Source: Chiloscyllium plagiosum (lineage: Eukaryota). Taken from it: a stretch of 48,668 nt of DNA. Shown here piece after piece: positions 11,206 through 22,240 of this stretch. Position numbers and translations under genes: made by a program. Location of the stretch: assembly GCF_004010195.1 (NCBI RefSeq), contig NC_057753.1, positions 10,072,104 through 10,120,771 on the forward strand. Direction: 5' to 3'. The notes below the pieces were generated by a model. That model did not search any database, was not told where the DNA came from, and saw only the letters and a program-made list of their open reading frames with translations. Each line of letters begins with the position of its first letter. The first letter of the stretch is position 1.

Positions 11206-11211
11206 CTGTGA
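10888..11211. repeat. Near-perfect 162-bp tandem duplication
   Basis: ACACTGATGTTTAAATCCC at 10888 and 11050; ORF 10764..11273 shows a 54-aa repeat. Confidence 0.9.
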
Positions 11212-11480
11212 AAGGTCATCACAGTCAGTTCATGATAGAAAATCTGAACGCAATTGTAGTCACTGTGGAACATTCTTTCCTCTCTTAATCCCAGAGATCT
11301 TTGTGTAGATCTATATGTAACTGTAAACTAGCAGGGTAATGACGCAGACTGCATACCTTCACGAAGAATTCACATGGACTCAAGTTGCTGCATGGACCTC
11401 TATAGTGCAGTATTGACGCTCTTACTGAAGATATACAATATGCTGCAGTATGATATTACAAGCCTAGAAACAACTGGGTA

Positions 11481-11782
11481 GATTAGATTAGATTACTTAC
11501 AGTGTGGAAACAGGCCCTTCGGCCCAACAAGTCCACACCGACCCTGCGAAGAGCAACCCACCCAGACCCATTCCCCTACATTTACCCCTTCACCTAACAC
11601 TATGGGCAATTTAGCATGGCCAATTCACCTAACCCGCACATCTTTAGACCGTGGGAGGAAATCCACGCAGACACGGGGAGAATGTGCAAACTCCACACAG
11701 ACAGTTGCCCGATGGGGGATTTGCACCCGGGTGTCTGGCGCTGTGAGGCAGCAAGTGCTAACCACTGTGCCACCGTGCCACC
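11481..11782 (-). mobile_element. HE1-like SINE
   Basis: tRNA-like head near 11780, conserved core, (TAATC)n tail at 11481-11495. Confidence 0.85.
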
Positions 11783-11849
11783 CGTGCAGCAAAAGAAACT
11801 AATATTGCAGGAGCGGAATGTACAGGTGCAAAAAAAACAACAAAAAAAA

Positions 11850-13838
11850 GAGTTTAATATTAAAAGCTTTATATTAAATGTCCTAGCTGTTTTCTTTGGA
11901 ATTTTTTCCAGTATAGCAAATTGGAAGACTTGTTGATTTTGCGGTCTTTTGAATAGACTATAAATTACATTAGGTAAAATTGTAAATTTATTAAACTGTA
12001 AATTAACCAGTTGATTGGGCAGTTGGCTTGTCCAGTTTTAAAAAACATTCTAATGGGTTACTTCTGTGTTCAAATGCCGTTAAAACTCCATGAAAAACTC
12101 CACAAAATCCTACTACGGTGGTACATGAATACTCAGTCTCGACATATGATACATGACAATCCCAGAGTCTGAAATGTGCCACAGATGCAGATCTAGTAAA
12201 GGACTATGTAAGAGATCTTAAATCATATTTTTTCCTCTTATACAAAAATTAACCAAACCATTTAAATACAAGTGTTCACATAGAATTCTGCACTAAACTA
12301 TTATAAATAAGAAATAATGTTATAAAGTACTGTTGTACTGACAGTTCAAGATTGTGAACCTCAGTTACAAAAGAAGAGATTAACAACCATTGAGGAATTA
12401 AAGTAAATGCATTCTGATTAGAATTCTATACAGTTTAGAAATTGCACTTTTAGTTTGAAAATGCAAGCTGCACATTTACATTGTACTCCATGTACAATAA
12501 AACCAACTCAGATTATAAAAGCCAATCTCCTCAGTGACACTCATACTTCTGCTGGGTTTTAATTGTGGATCATTTTACTTATTTGTAAAAAAATATCCAG
12601 CAAACCTCAGCAAAAAGAAGTTTATTAAAAATAATAAATTCCATAATGAATGCTACATATCGGGAGTTTATTCCTGCCAACAATTCAAGTACAGTGCTAT
12701 ATTTAAGTGATCAGATTTGTTTCTCTCCAATTTAACATTTAAGAGGCTCAAAAAGTGATGCTACCTGTTCTACAGAAATATTGCTATCACATTAATAAAT
12801 TCAAATTAAACTCCTATATTCATTTCAATTATCACACATGCAATCCAAATCGCACTTGAAGTGCTTGCTGGTAGCACAGTAATATTTTAAATAGATTTTT
12901 GTGATAATAAGTGGCAAATATAAAAGATAAAGCTGCCATAGTCCTATTGGATCATAGAGCTGTTCTCTCATTAAAGAGAGAGAGAGAGATGTAAGTGGTT
13001 GAACCAGAGGGTCGCCACACTTCAAACAAGGGGAGAGGTTGAGAGGAAGAGTTCTTCATAGTAATTTCAGCTGGTGTGGGAACTGAACTCATGCTGCTGG
13101 CATATTTCTACATCTCAAACAAGTTGTCCACCCAATTGAGCTACTGCAATTGCATTCCAAACTTCATTTATCAGTTCCCAGAAACATTTCTAAGAGAGGT
13201 GCATACCTCCCAAACCATCTTCTAGTCTGCATACCATTTTTATTAGATCAAATAATGAAAAATCAACTATGCTAGATTAATGCAGATTAAGATAGGCCAG
13301 AGTTATCAGTCAGTAATATGAAAATTCTTAATTTAATAATACTCAGATACTTTTGCTTTAAGTCACTTGTCTAGCTCAATTCACTATATATTCACAACTT
13401 AAACCATTTTTCAGAGCTGGACAGCTCTCTGAACAGGAAGCACAGGACTACTTGGCATGCAGACTTGTATCAAACTCTTACATTTTATACTCAGCACAAA
13501 GCATTTACACTTGGCATGGATTGGCCTTTCACCCTGGCGTAACATGATTAGAAGGATTAGTTCTATCCTTCACTGCAAGTTTGCTCAACCCGCAATTGAA
13601 ATTGGAAATAGGTTTTTAAAAAGTTGTTTACATTCAGTCTACTGAAGCCAGATTTAAATTCTTAGCCCTTAATGTGGTAGTCACAGTGTTTTACATTAGT
13701 GGCACCTACAGAATTTGTTCACCAACTTGAAAAGCCAATCTACCAATCACATTTCGATTTCAGTACGGTCCAACAACAAGTCTCAGGAACTAGAAAGGTT
13801 AAGCATGATCCAGAAAGTTGAAATACCTGTTGTGGAGT
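11850..13838 (-). pseudogene. Putative terminal exon and ~2-kb AU-rich 3' UTR of an unidentified gene
   Basis: Acceptor TTTTTCATATTGCAG (AG 13839-13840); one frame reads LHNRYFNFLDHA*; AT-rich unique sequence ending in ATTAAA followed by a U/GU-rich tract at ~11830-11860. Confidence 0.4.
12925..13143 (-). mobile_element. Old tRNA-derived SINE (family distinct from HE1)
   Basis: Minus strand begins TAGCTCAATTGG (A box) then GTTCAGTTCC (B-box-like); (CT)n tract near 3' end. Confidence 0.6.
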
Positions 13839-14053
13839 CTGCAATATGAAAAATTAATGCTGGTTCAAAACATCTTACTCTTTCCAAACAAAAAACAAAA
13901 TTTTTTAAGAACCAAGCTTATTAAAGGTTTCTTCAAATGTATGGCATTTAAAACTATAAATGACAACTTAAGTAAATTAACTAAATCTGGTCACTAAAAC
14001 TTTATTCTCACTCTTTTCAACCACCTTTTGCCCCAAGCAATACCAACCCTCAC

Positions 14054-14122
14054 ATGAATAGCTTTCAAAATCTATAATAGCACAATGTCAAAAACAGTGA
14101 GACCGTCAAAGTTGTAGGACAT
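14054..14122 (-). pseudogene. Putative 69-nt internal exon, decayed
   Basis: AG at 14123-14124 and GTGAGG donor at 14048-14053; stops in all frames, one frame VLQL*RSHCF*HCAIIDFESYS. Confidence 0.4.
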
Positions 14123-14274
14123 CTGTTATATAGTGATATGAAAGGAATCCTGCATCCACTGGTTTCGTGAATTGAGTGTTTTAGGCACTGCAAGATGTGT
14201 CTCTAAGTTGTCAGCCTTCCCGTTTTCCACAACACTTTGTTCCTGAAAATACTGCAAACCAGACAAGGTCTTTT

Positions 14275-14381
14275 CAGAAGTTGGACCATGAACTTCTGAA
14301 TTTGCTGCTGCTCTTCCTCTCTCTCTGAATGAAGATTGATCTTCACCCAGACTGCAACTTTCTTCCTCTGTCCAAATATTT
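14275..14381 (+). other. Orphan copy of ZF-gene non-coding first exon
   Basis: Homologous to the reverse complement of 27849-27945 (TGAATGAAGATTGA.CTTCACCC.AGACTGCAACT); donor-like GTGAGC at 14382-14387. Confidence 0.55.
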
Positions 14382-14519
14382 GTGAGCACAGTCCTTTTTT
14401 TGAAGGATGGCATGTTTCCTGATCATCACAATTAAAGGGGTGTCTTCCCCCTGATATGCAAAGGGACAGTCAGTCAGGGGAGGGCAGGGTCACGCCTTGT
14501 GTTGTTGTGTGGAATCTAT

Positions 14520-15240
14520 GACAACTGCAACAATTCATCCCAACTCCTGTATTCAATGCCCTGATTGATTAAAGCAAGCACGCTGTAAGTCTTCTTCACT
14601 GTCCTGTCTACCAATGACTCCACTTTCTAGTAGCTATGAACCTGCACCCCTACATCTCTTGGTTTGAAATACTGCATTTGAAACAGATTTGCTGCTTGTC
14701 GGCAGATGTTATTATTTGGTGCTTATTCTAATTCGGTATCTTATGACTGATGAAGGCCAGTGTGCCAAAAAACTTCTACCTGTGACTCCACTTTCAAAGC
14801 ACTGTGAACCTGTACTCCAAGATCCCTCTGTTCCACTACACTCCTTAAGGTCCTACCATTCACCATGAAATTCCTACCTTGATTTGACTATACAAATGTA
14901 AGACCTCACACTTATCTTAAATTAAACTTGATTTGCCATTAAACTTAAACCTATGCCCTCTAATTTTGGACTCCCCCACCCAAGGGAAAAGACCTTACCT
15001 ATTTACCCTACCCATGTCCCTCATGATTTCATAAATGTCTTTAATGTCACCCCTCAGCCTCCAAAGCTCCAGGGAAAATAGCCCCAGTCTATTCAGCCTC
15101 TTTTTGAAGCTCAAACCCTCCAACCCTGGCAGCATCCTTGTAAATGTTTTCTGAACCCTTTCAAGTTTCACAATACCCTTCCTGTAGCAGAGAGCACAGA
15201 ATTGCATGCAGTATTCCAACAATGATGGAACCAATGTCGT
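14520..15240 (-). mobile_element. Cluster of CR1 ORF2 fragments
   Basis: LLEYCMQF...[33 protein letters not shown]. Confidence 0.8.
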
Positions 15241-15589
15241 CTCTGAAGAGCATTTTAAAACAATATTGATAACTACAAGCAAATCAAGTTAGTTGGGCAT
15301 GACTTTCCCATAGCAGTTTGTTTTGGCTATCCTTCATTAACCTATGCTTTTTAATATATAAGAAAATATTTTGAGGGATGGGATTGTTGCTAGCACATCC
15401 AACATTTGCTCACCACCCCTCATGGCCTTTGGAACGAGCAATTGGCTCCATGTTAGAAGGCAGTTGAGAGTCAACCACATAGTAGGTCTGGAGTCACATG
15501 ATGTGAGCGCGTGCACACATGTGTAGGGTTGTGAATGGTAGATTTCCCTCCCTAAAAGAACACTTTCACAATAATCAATAATGGTTGGA

Positions 15590-15755
15590 GAAAAGCAATA
15601 GTTCTGGCAGCATCTGTGAAGAGATGACAGTGTTACTGTTTTAAGTCCGGTGCCCCTTCAAAACTTGGCTGGATTCAAAACATTAACTCTTCACAGATGC
15701 TGCCAGACCTGCTGCGTTTCCCCAGCAATTTTGTCTTTTGTTGCTGATCTCCAAT
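15590..15755. repeat. Inverted pair of PLE terminal-repeat fragments
   Basis: 21-bp perfect inverted repeat 15603-15623 / 15687-15707 containing GATGCTGCCAGA, related to the other PLE ends. Confidence 0.7.
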
Positions 15756-15774
15756 TCAGTGTTTTAGTCAATAA

Positions 15775-16420
15775 TGGTTTCAGTTGTGGCCTGACTAGTG
15801 CCTTACATATGTTCACTATAACCTCCCTACATTTATACTCTATTGAAAAGGCCAACCTCCCATTTGCCTCCCTATTGCTCACCGAAATAGGCTGAAGAAA
15901 TTCATGGACGTGATTCCAAAACCCTCTATTCTAAAGCTTTCTCCATTTAATATTCAGTTCTTCACCTCCTGACAAACTGGATAACCTCATTTTCCCATCT
16001 GCCAAACTTGCTTAACCTGACTACATCCCTCTCCAGATATCTAACGTCATCCTCACCGCCTGCTTTCACATCAACTGTCTCTTCTACAAACTTAGCAATA
16101 GTACATTCACTTTACTTATCCAAGTAATTCATATACATATTGTAAATAATGTTGGCTCCAGCACTGATCCCTGTGGCACACCACTAGTTACAAGTTGCCA
16201 TCCTGAACATGCCCCTTATTGCCACAGAGTGCAGTGGAGGCTGGGATGCTAAATGTCTTCAAGGCAGAAATTGATAAATTCTTGATGTCACAAGGAATTG
16301 AGGGCTATGGGGAGAATGCAGGTAAGTGGAGTTGAAATGCCCATCAGCCATGATTGAATGGCAGAGTGGACTCGATGGGCCGAATGGCTTTACTTCCGCT
16401 CCTATGTCTTGTGGTCTTAC
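15775..16420. mobile_element. CR1 fragments (minus-strand RT, plus-strand 3' end)
   Basis: GTGTGCCACAGGGATCAGTGCTGG (VPQGSVL) on minus near 16160-16185; CR1 3' UTR at 16220-16420. Confidence 0.7.
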
Positions 16421-16759
16421 CACAACTATGGTAGTTAGCCAATCCTCTATCCATGCTAACATACAGCCTCCATCACCCTGGGCTCCTTGCTTATTATTTC
16501 ATGAGATGTGAATATCATTGGCTGTGCCGACAACTCTTCCCAAACTGACCTTGAAAAGGTGGTGCTGAGCTGCCTCTTAAATTGCTTCACAAATATATGT
16601 GGACTGCAACAATGTTCAGGACTGAGTTCCAGCATTTTGGTCAATAACAAAGAAGCAATGCGATAAATCTTGCAGTCGAAATCCTGCGTTCACACTTGTC
16701 TGTTCTTGGTGGTTGAGGTCATGGCTTGGAAGATGCTTTTGAAGAACCATCACTCATGA

Positions 16760-16868
16760 AATCAAGCCAGGCTGATAGATTGTGGCCCCAAACTCTGCCA
16801 TTTGATTTTCCTCATCAATCTACATTCTTTCCAGACACGTTTCAGCCACGCAATGCCTTCTGTTATGG
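16760..16868 (-). pseudogene. Putative decayed second exon of the unidentified gene
   Basis: Acceptor CTTGTGTATTCTTACCTTTAAG (AG 16869-16870); one frame VAETCLERM*IDEENQMAEFG. Confidence 0.35.
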
Positions 16869-17429
16869 CTTAAAGGTAAGAATACACAAGATAATCAACC
16901 GTATCTTGGGTTGTATAAATCTTAGCTTGCCAGAATTATTTTAAACTGGGTGACTGCATGAAATGGTTTGTTGGTCAGACTTGAACCATCATCCTCAAAG
17001 GAGGCAATGCCATTGTTATCATTAAACTCCTCTTTTTGTTAAAAAGGACAAGCTCTTGATTTATTTTCACAACTTACTGGCATTCACACCAGCACATTCA
17101 ATGTCAAACTCTGACATCAGAAATGAAATTACATCATTAATTTTGTCTTACAATAATCCAACAGAATAATTAATAACACACAGTGAATACCAAGCCTGAT
17201 TAATATGAAATTAAATTTGACCGAAATTGTAAAATCAGGATGGGAAGATAACAAATGGGGGAAGGGCAGAAGGCAAGAAATGCAGCATCATAGAAGGTGC
17301 TCCTCCACGGAGTGTATTTTACCTACAACTGCTCAATATAAACAAACACTCTGACATGACCCTCCGGTTTTAATGTAAACCATATTCCCATACAGTAGGT
17401 ACCATTTAAATAAGTTAATAGATACAAGC

Positions 17430-17574
17430 CTTGAGCAAATCCAGCCTCCGGCCGGGCCTCCCGCTTCTTGGAGCTCGGACCTTCCTCCAGCTCCGGGGGG
17501 TTGTTGAGCTCCTGGGCTCCGGCCGCCGCCGAAGAAGCCGCGGGTGCCGGCTCTCTCTCCTCCACCGCCGACAT
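17430..17574 (-). pseudogene. Putative first coding exon of an unidentified gene (MSAVEEREPAPAASS...PSSKKREARPEAGFAQ), probably a non-functional duplicate
   Basis: CpG-rich, AAAAATGTCGGCGG start, Ala/Glu-rich N-terminus with basic PSSKKR; abrupt switch to AT-rich sequence at CAAG|GCTTGT; second copy at 1.8-1.9 kb. Confidence 0.55.
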
Positions 17575-17864
17575 TTTTAATTTGTTTTCTCGTTCACCCG
17601 GTAACCGTCACCTCCCCCTTCCCGGGCCCCGGGAATTATACACAAATAAACAATAAACCCCATTTACTGTAATGGGCTGTGGGGGTACAGTGGTTGTGTC
17701 TCATGTTGAGGAGGAAGATGTTTCCTCTCATTCAACAGAAGAGGACCTGTTTACTACAGAGGTTTTTTTTGCGATGCAGCTGTAGTCTCCCATAGAGCCC
17801 TGAGGCTCAGGTTTAAATCCCACTGCTCCAGTATGTGTAATAATATCCTCAATTTTTTTTCAGC

Positions 17865-17942
17865 CATAAGTCACACAAACTATAGTCCAACACGTTTATT
17901 TGAAATCGCACACGCTTGGAGCGTAGCCTCTTCATCAGGTGA
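17865..17942 (-). mobile_element. PLE terminal-repeat fragment of a second family with decayed hammerhead
   Basis: Reverse complement CACCTGATGAAGAGGCTACGCTCCAAGCG..TTCAAATAAACGTGTTGGACTATA. Confidence 0.55.
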
Positions 17943-18658
17943 AGGGATGGAAAACAAAACGTGCAGGAAAGAGAATTCAGATAAATGATCAGCCATAGAT
18001 GGTGATGAAAGACAGAGCATCTCAACCTATTCCCATTCCTATTTCTAATCTTTTTAATATGACAAGTTGTGTATTTTCCAAACATTAATTTTATTTCCAT
18101 GATTTAAAAATGAATATTTAAGGATGGTCAGTTTATTCTTTCTCACTTGGACACATTGTGACCCACAACTATTTAGATACCACTGTTAATATCATAGCAC
18201 CTCTCATGAGATATCAGAGAAACAATTCATAAATAAACTTGACAGAATCACTCGAGTAGACACTGGAACAGAGAAAGCACCCTACAGATATTGGGAATCG
18301 AAAGGTTATTGAAGTGAAATGTTAAGAGCAGGTGAACACCCCCAATAAGGGAACTCACCTGACTGACCTAATTAGAATCACCCACAGTACCCAGTGCTAC
18401 TCTTCACCGAACACTGATTACTTTCCTTTTCAGTTTAATGATCCAACTATCTTTTGAATGCCATAATTGAATCTGACTCCCACACTCTCTCTCACAGACC
18501 ATTCCAAAGGTCAACGATTTTCAATCATTAACAAAATACGTTCTGGATCTCTCCCAAAACACAATTCATATAGATTCTTGCTTCAAATCATTTGCAGTAA
18601 GTTCTTCACATGGACAAATTTGCAGCTTAGAGCATTTGTTCAAATTTCATATCATATT

Positions 18659-18950
18659 GGGGTGGCACAGTGCTTGGCATTGCTACCTCACAGCACTAGG
18701 AACCCAGGTTCAATTCCAGCCTCAGGCGAGTGTCTGCATGTTCTCCCTGTCTGCATGGGTTTCCTTCCACAGTCCAAAGATGTGCAGGTTAGGTGGATTG
18801 ACCATGTGAAATTGATCTGCGATGTGTAGGTTAGATGGATGAGTCATGGTAAATGCAGGAGAATGGGATGATCCTGGGTGGGATGCTCTTTGGTGTGTCA
18901 GCGCAGGCTCAATGGGACAAATGGCCTCTTTCTGCACTGTAGGGATTTTA
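18659..18950 (+). mobile_element. HE1-like SINE
   Basis: GGTGGCACAGTG..GGTTCAATTCC head; CAGTCCAAAGATGTGCAGGTTAGG core. Confidence 0.8.
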
Positions 18951-19719
18951 TGTATCTCTGTCTGATTTCTAGCACATGCTTCTATGTGAAAGGGACATTT
19001 TACACTCATGTTAAGTACTGCAGTCTCTATATTTTCATACATACCTCTAAATTAGGTTTGAATGAAATCCCCCCCATTTCACTGTATTTTAGCTAGCATT
19101 CCCCCCACCCCTTCCATTCCTTATTCCATTACCTGTGTTATGATCCCCTTCTCTTTATATATATTATTGTAGACAGGCTAAATCTAGTTACTATGTCTAT
19201 AAAATATGAGAGGAAAATGCTTTTTTCCTGATCCCATACTTTGAGTCCATTACTACAGCTTGTTAAGGTCTCTTGCCAAAGAGAACTCTTAATCCTGCAT
19301 CCTTCGGTAGGATTAGATTAGGATATCTGGTCGGCATGGATGAGTTGGATTAAATGGTTTGTTTCTGTCCTGTGCATCTCTATGACTATGACTATCGAAT
19401 AAGGACCAGGAGCAGGCAGGTGGGACTAGTTTAGTTGGGGATCATGGACTGGTTGGACTGAACGGTCTGTATGACGACACAGCCTCGAATGAATGGGGAT
19501 CAATTCCAAAGAGATGTTAAAGGTCTCGAGCACCACCTTAGACACGTGTGTGGACCCCTTCCAGATAACTGAGAGCAGTGGAGCACTGTGAAATTCAGTA
19601 CGTCAGTCAACCAGCAAGTTCTCTCCGGGAGACTTGTCTCAAGAAAGGAAGCGGTTTCCTGTCCCATCAACTGGACTGTGGATCAGTTTGGAGCAGGTCC
19701 TTTATCTCTGACAAAATAG

Positions 19720-20458
19720 GTGGACAGAGTCCAGAGTGTGGTGCTGGAACAGCACAGCAGCTCTGGCAGCATCCAAGAAGCAGGAGAATTGATGTTTAGG
19801 GCATAAACCCTTCATCAGCAATGAGGCTTGTGGGCCCGAAGGGCTGAGAGATAAATGGTGGTGGGGTTGGGGGGAAGGTAGCTGAGAATGTGATAGGCAG
19901 ATGAAGGTGATTGGTCAGAGAGGAGGGTGGGGCAGATAGATGGGAAAGGTGATGGACAGGTCAAGAGGGTAGTGCTGAGTTGGAGGCTTCTGACTGGGAT
20001 AGGGTGATGATCCACTAGTTGGCACCTGTCTCCCCAATGTAGAGAAGACCACATTGGATGCAATGGATACAGTAGATGACACTGGTGGTGGTACAGGTAA
20101 ATTTCTGTCAAATGTGGAAGGATCCTTTGGGGCCTTGGACGGAGGTGAGAGGAGTGATTTTGGGCGCAGGTTTTCACTTCCTGCGGTGGCGGGGAAGGTG
20201 CTGGGAGTGAGGTGTGGACCTGACGAGGGAGTCACAGAGGGAATGGCCTCTTTGGAATGCTGGTCGGGGTGAAAGGTGTTGATGAAGATGACGAACTGTT
20301 CAAACTCATGAGAGCATGAAGTGGCACCGATATGGTCATCGATGTACTGGAGGAACAGGTGGGGGGTGGTGCCAGTGTCGCTGAGGAAAATGGACTGTTC
20401 CACGTACCCGACAAAGAGGCAGGCATAGCTGGGTCCCATGGCTACCCCTTTAGTTTGG
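19720..20458 (-). mobile_element. Internally deleted PLE (RT, GIY-YIG, terminal repeat with decayed hammerhead)
   Basis: QTKGVAMGPSYACLFVGYVEQSIF..FLQYIDD; terminal CTGATGAAGGGTTTATGCCCTAAACATC at 19791-19818. Confidence 0.85.
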
Positions 20459-20559
20459 TACATTGGTTTGGATGCCGTCTGAGGTTTGTGTGGATCACTT
20501 CAGTGGGAATGTGCAGTCCCGGGCTCAGCGAGCAGCACTGCAAGCAAAGCTCACAGAAT

Positions 20560-20885
20560 CCCTACAGTGAAACAGGCCCTTCGACCCAACAAGTCCACAC
20601 CGACCCTCTGAACAGTAACCCACCCAGACCTATTCCCCTACCCCATTAGTCTACATTACCCCCTAAACAATACACACCTACACATCCCTGAACACTCTGG
20701 GACAATTTAGCTTGGCTAATTCACTTGCATATCTTTGGATTGTGGGAGCACCCAGAGGAAACCCTTGCAGACACTGGGGGAGAATGTGCAAACTCCACAA
20801 AGACAGTCACCCCAGGGTGGAATTGAACCCTGGTCCCTGGCGATGTGAGGCAGTGGCACTAATCACTGAGTTGCTGTGCTGCCCG
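20560..20885 (-). mobile_element. HE1-like SINE; head overlaps the ZF stop codon
   Basis: GGGTTCAATTCC B box near 20820-20830, conserved core, CR1-like tail. Confidence 0.85.
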
Positions 20886-21995
20886 TGAGCCAACCTGGGG
20901 TTGGGGGGAGATGGGAGGGGTGTGTGGGTGCAGTCTAGCAGAAAACAAAGAGAGCTCGCTGACGCTCCCAGTGCACCCACGGTCAGAACGGGCAGGAGGT
21001 TCAGTCCTGGGGGTAACCCACAGCAGCGTCGCCGGCGGAATCTGCTGGTGTCTCCTCTGGTGTCTCTGCAAGTTACTGGACGACGTGAACCTCTGCCCGC
21101 AGTTGGGGCAGGCAAACGGCCTCTCCCCCGTGTGGACCCGCTGGTGCCTCAGCAGGTTGGAGGCCTGGGTAAAGCCCTTCCCGCACTCAGGGCAGCTGAA
21201 GGGCCTCTCTCCAGTGTGGACCCGCTGGTGGTCCAGCAGGTCAGAGGAGCGTTTAAAGTCCTTCCCACACTCAGGGCAGGGGAACGGCCGCTCCCCGGTG
21301 TGGATCCGCTGGTGCATCAGCAGGGCAGAGGAATTACCAAAGGCCTTCCCACACTCGGGGCAATTGAAGGGCCTCTCCCCAGTGTGGACCCGCCGGTGGG
21401 TCAGCAGGTGGGAGGAGCGGTTAAAGCTCTTCTCACACTCGGGGCAGGAGAACGGCCTCTCCCCTGTGTGGATCCGCTGGTGCCTCAGCAGGGTGGGGGA
21501 ATTGCTGAAGGCCTTCCCACACTCAGGGCAGGAGAACGGCCTCTCCCCAGTGTGGACCCGCCGGTGGGTCAGCAGGTTGGAGGATTTGCTGAAGGACTTC
21601 CCGCACTCAGGGCAGGGGAAGGATCTCACCCCAGTGTGGACCCGCTGGTGGGCCACAAGGGTAGAGGCCTGGGCAAAGCTCTTCTCACATGCGAGGCAGG
21701 AGAACGGACTCTCCGTTGTGTGGATCCGCAGGTGGGCCATCAGGTTGGAGGAGCGGGTAAAACCCTTCCTGCACTCTGGGCAGGAAAATGGCCTCTCCCT
21801 GGTGTGGATCCACTGGTGGGCCAGTAGGTTGGAGTTGCTGGTAAAGCCCTTCCCACACTCGGGGCAGGGGAATGGCCTCTCCCCGGTGTGACTGCGCCGA
21901 TGAGTCTCCAGGGCAGACGGGAAACTGAAGCATTTCCCACAGTCGCCACACTTCCACGGTTTCTCCATGGAGCAGGATTCCTCGGGTTTCTCCAT
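20859..21995 (-). CDS. C2H2 zinc-finger protein, 11 tandem fingers, 378 aa, no effector domain visible
   Basis: Uninterrupted ORF from GCCATGG (ATG 21995, MEKPEESCSMEKPWKC); 11 CxxC..HxxxH units with TGERPF linkers; acceptor AG at 22379-22380. Confidence 0.9.
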   Translation of the reverse strand: MEKPEESCSMEKPWKCGDCGKCFSFPSALETHRRSHTGERPFPCPECGKGFTSNSNLLAHQWIHTRERPFSCPECRKGFTRSSNLMAHLRIHTTESPFSCLACEKSFAQASTLVAHQRVHTGVRSFPCPECGKSFSKSSNLLTHRRVHTGERPFSCPECGKAFSNSPTLLRHQRIHTGERPFSCPECEKSFNRSSHLLTHRRVHTGERPFNCPECGKAFGNSSALLMHQRIHTGERPFPCPECGKDFKRSSDLLDHQRVHTGERPFSCPECGKGFTQASNLLRHQRVHTGERPFACPNCGQRFTSSSNLQRHQRRHQQIPPATLLWVTPRTEPPARSDRGCTGSVSELSLFSARLHPHTPPISPQPQVGSRAAQQLSD

Positions 21996-22240
21996 GGCTG
22001 AAACTTCAGCCGCACACAAACGTGTGTACAGCCCCTCCCTGCTGCGAATTCCTCTTTCCAGGCTGTATAACTGTTTCAGGCTCCACACTCAGTGCACTGC
22101 AACAGTATGGTCTCTCATCCAGTCCCACTGATGCTGAAAACGTTATGAAACAGGAACCAAAAAGCATTGCTCCATCTCACAGCATCATAGTTGAAAATCT
22201 TTGCAGTCCCGATGGATTGAGTGACTGTCAGACATTGATG

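Noticed and set aside
14126..14413. 95-aa ORF MPSFKKRTVL..
   Set aside because: Largely the antisense of the non-coding first-exon paralog; the homologous copy at 27.9 kb does not keep the frame
20901..21891. Long antisense ORFs (308 and 326 aa) over the ZF gene; likewise 38879-39918
   Set aside because: Expected shadows of GC-rich repetitive C2H2 codons; no independent domain
21050..21950. Regular 84-bp periodicity resembling a CRISPR-like array
   Set aside because: It is the 28-codon finger repeat; eukaryotic context, no cas genes
20859..22088. ORF-track starts at 22088 and 38882
   Set aside because: Both are GTG; the first in-frame ATGs in good context are at 21995 and 38996 and are shared between paralogs
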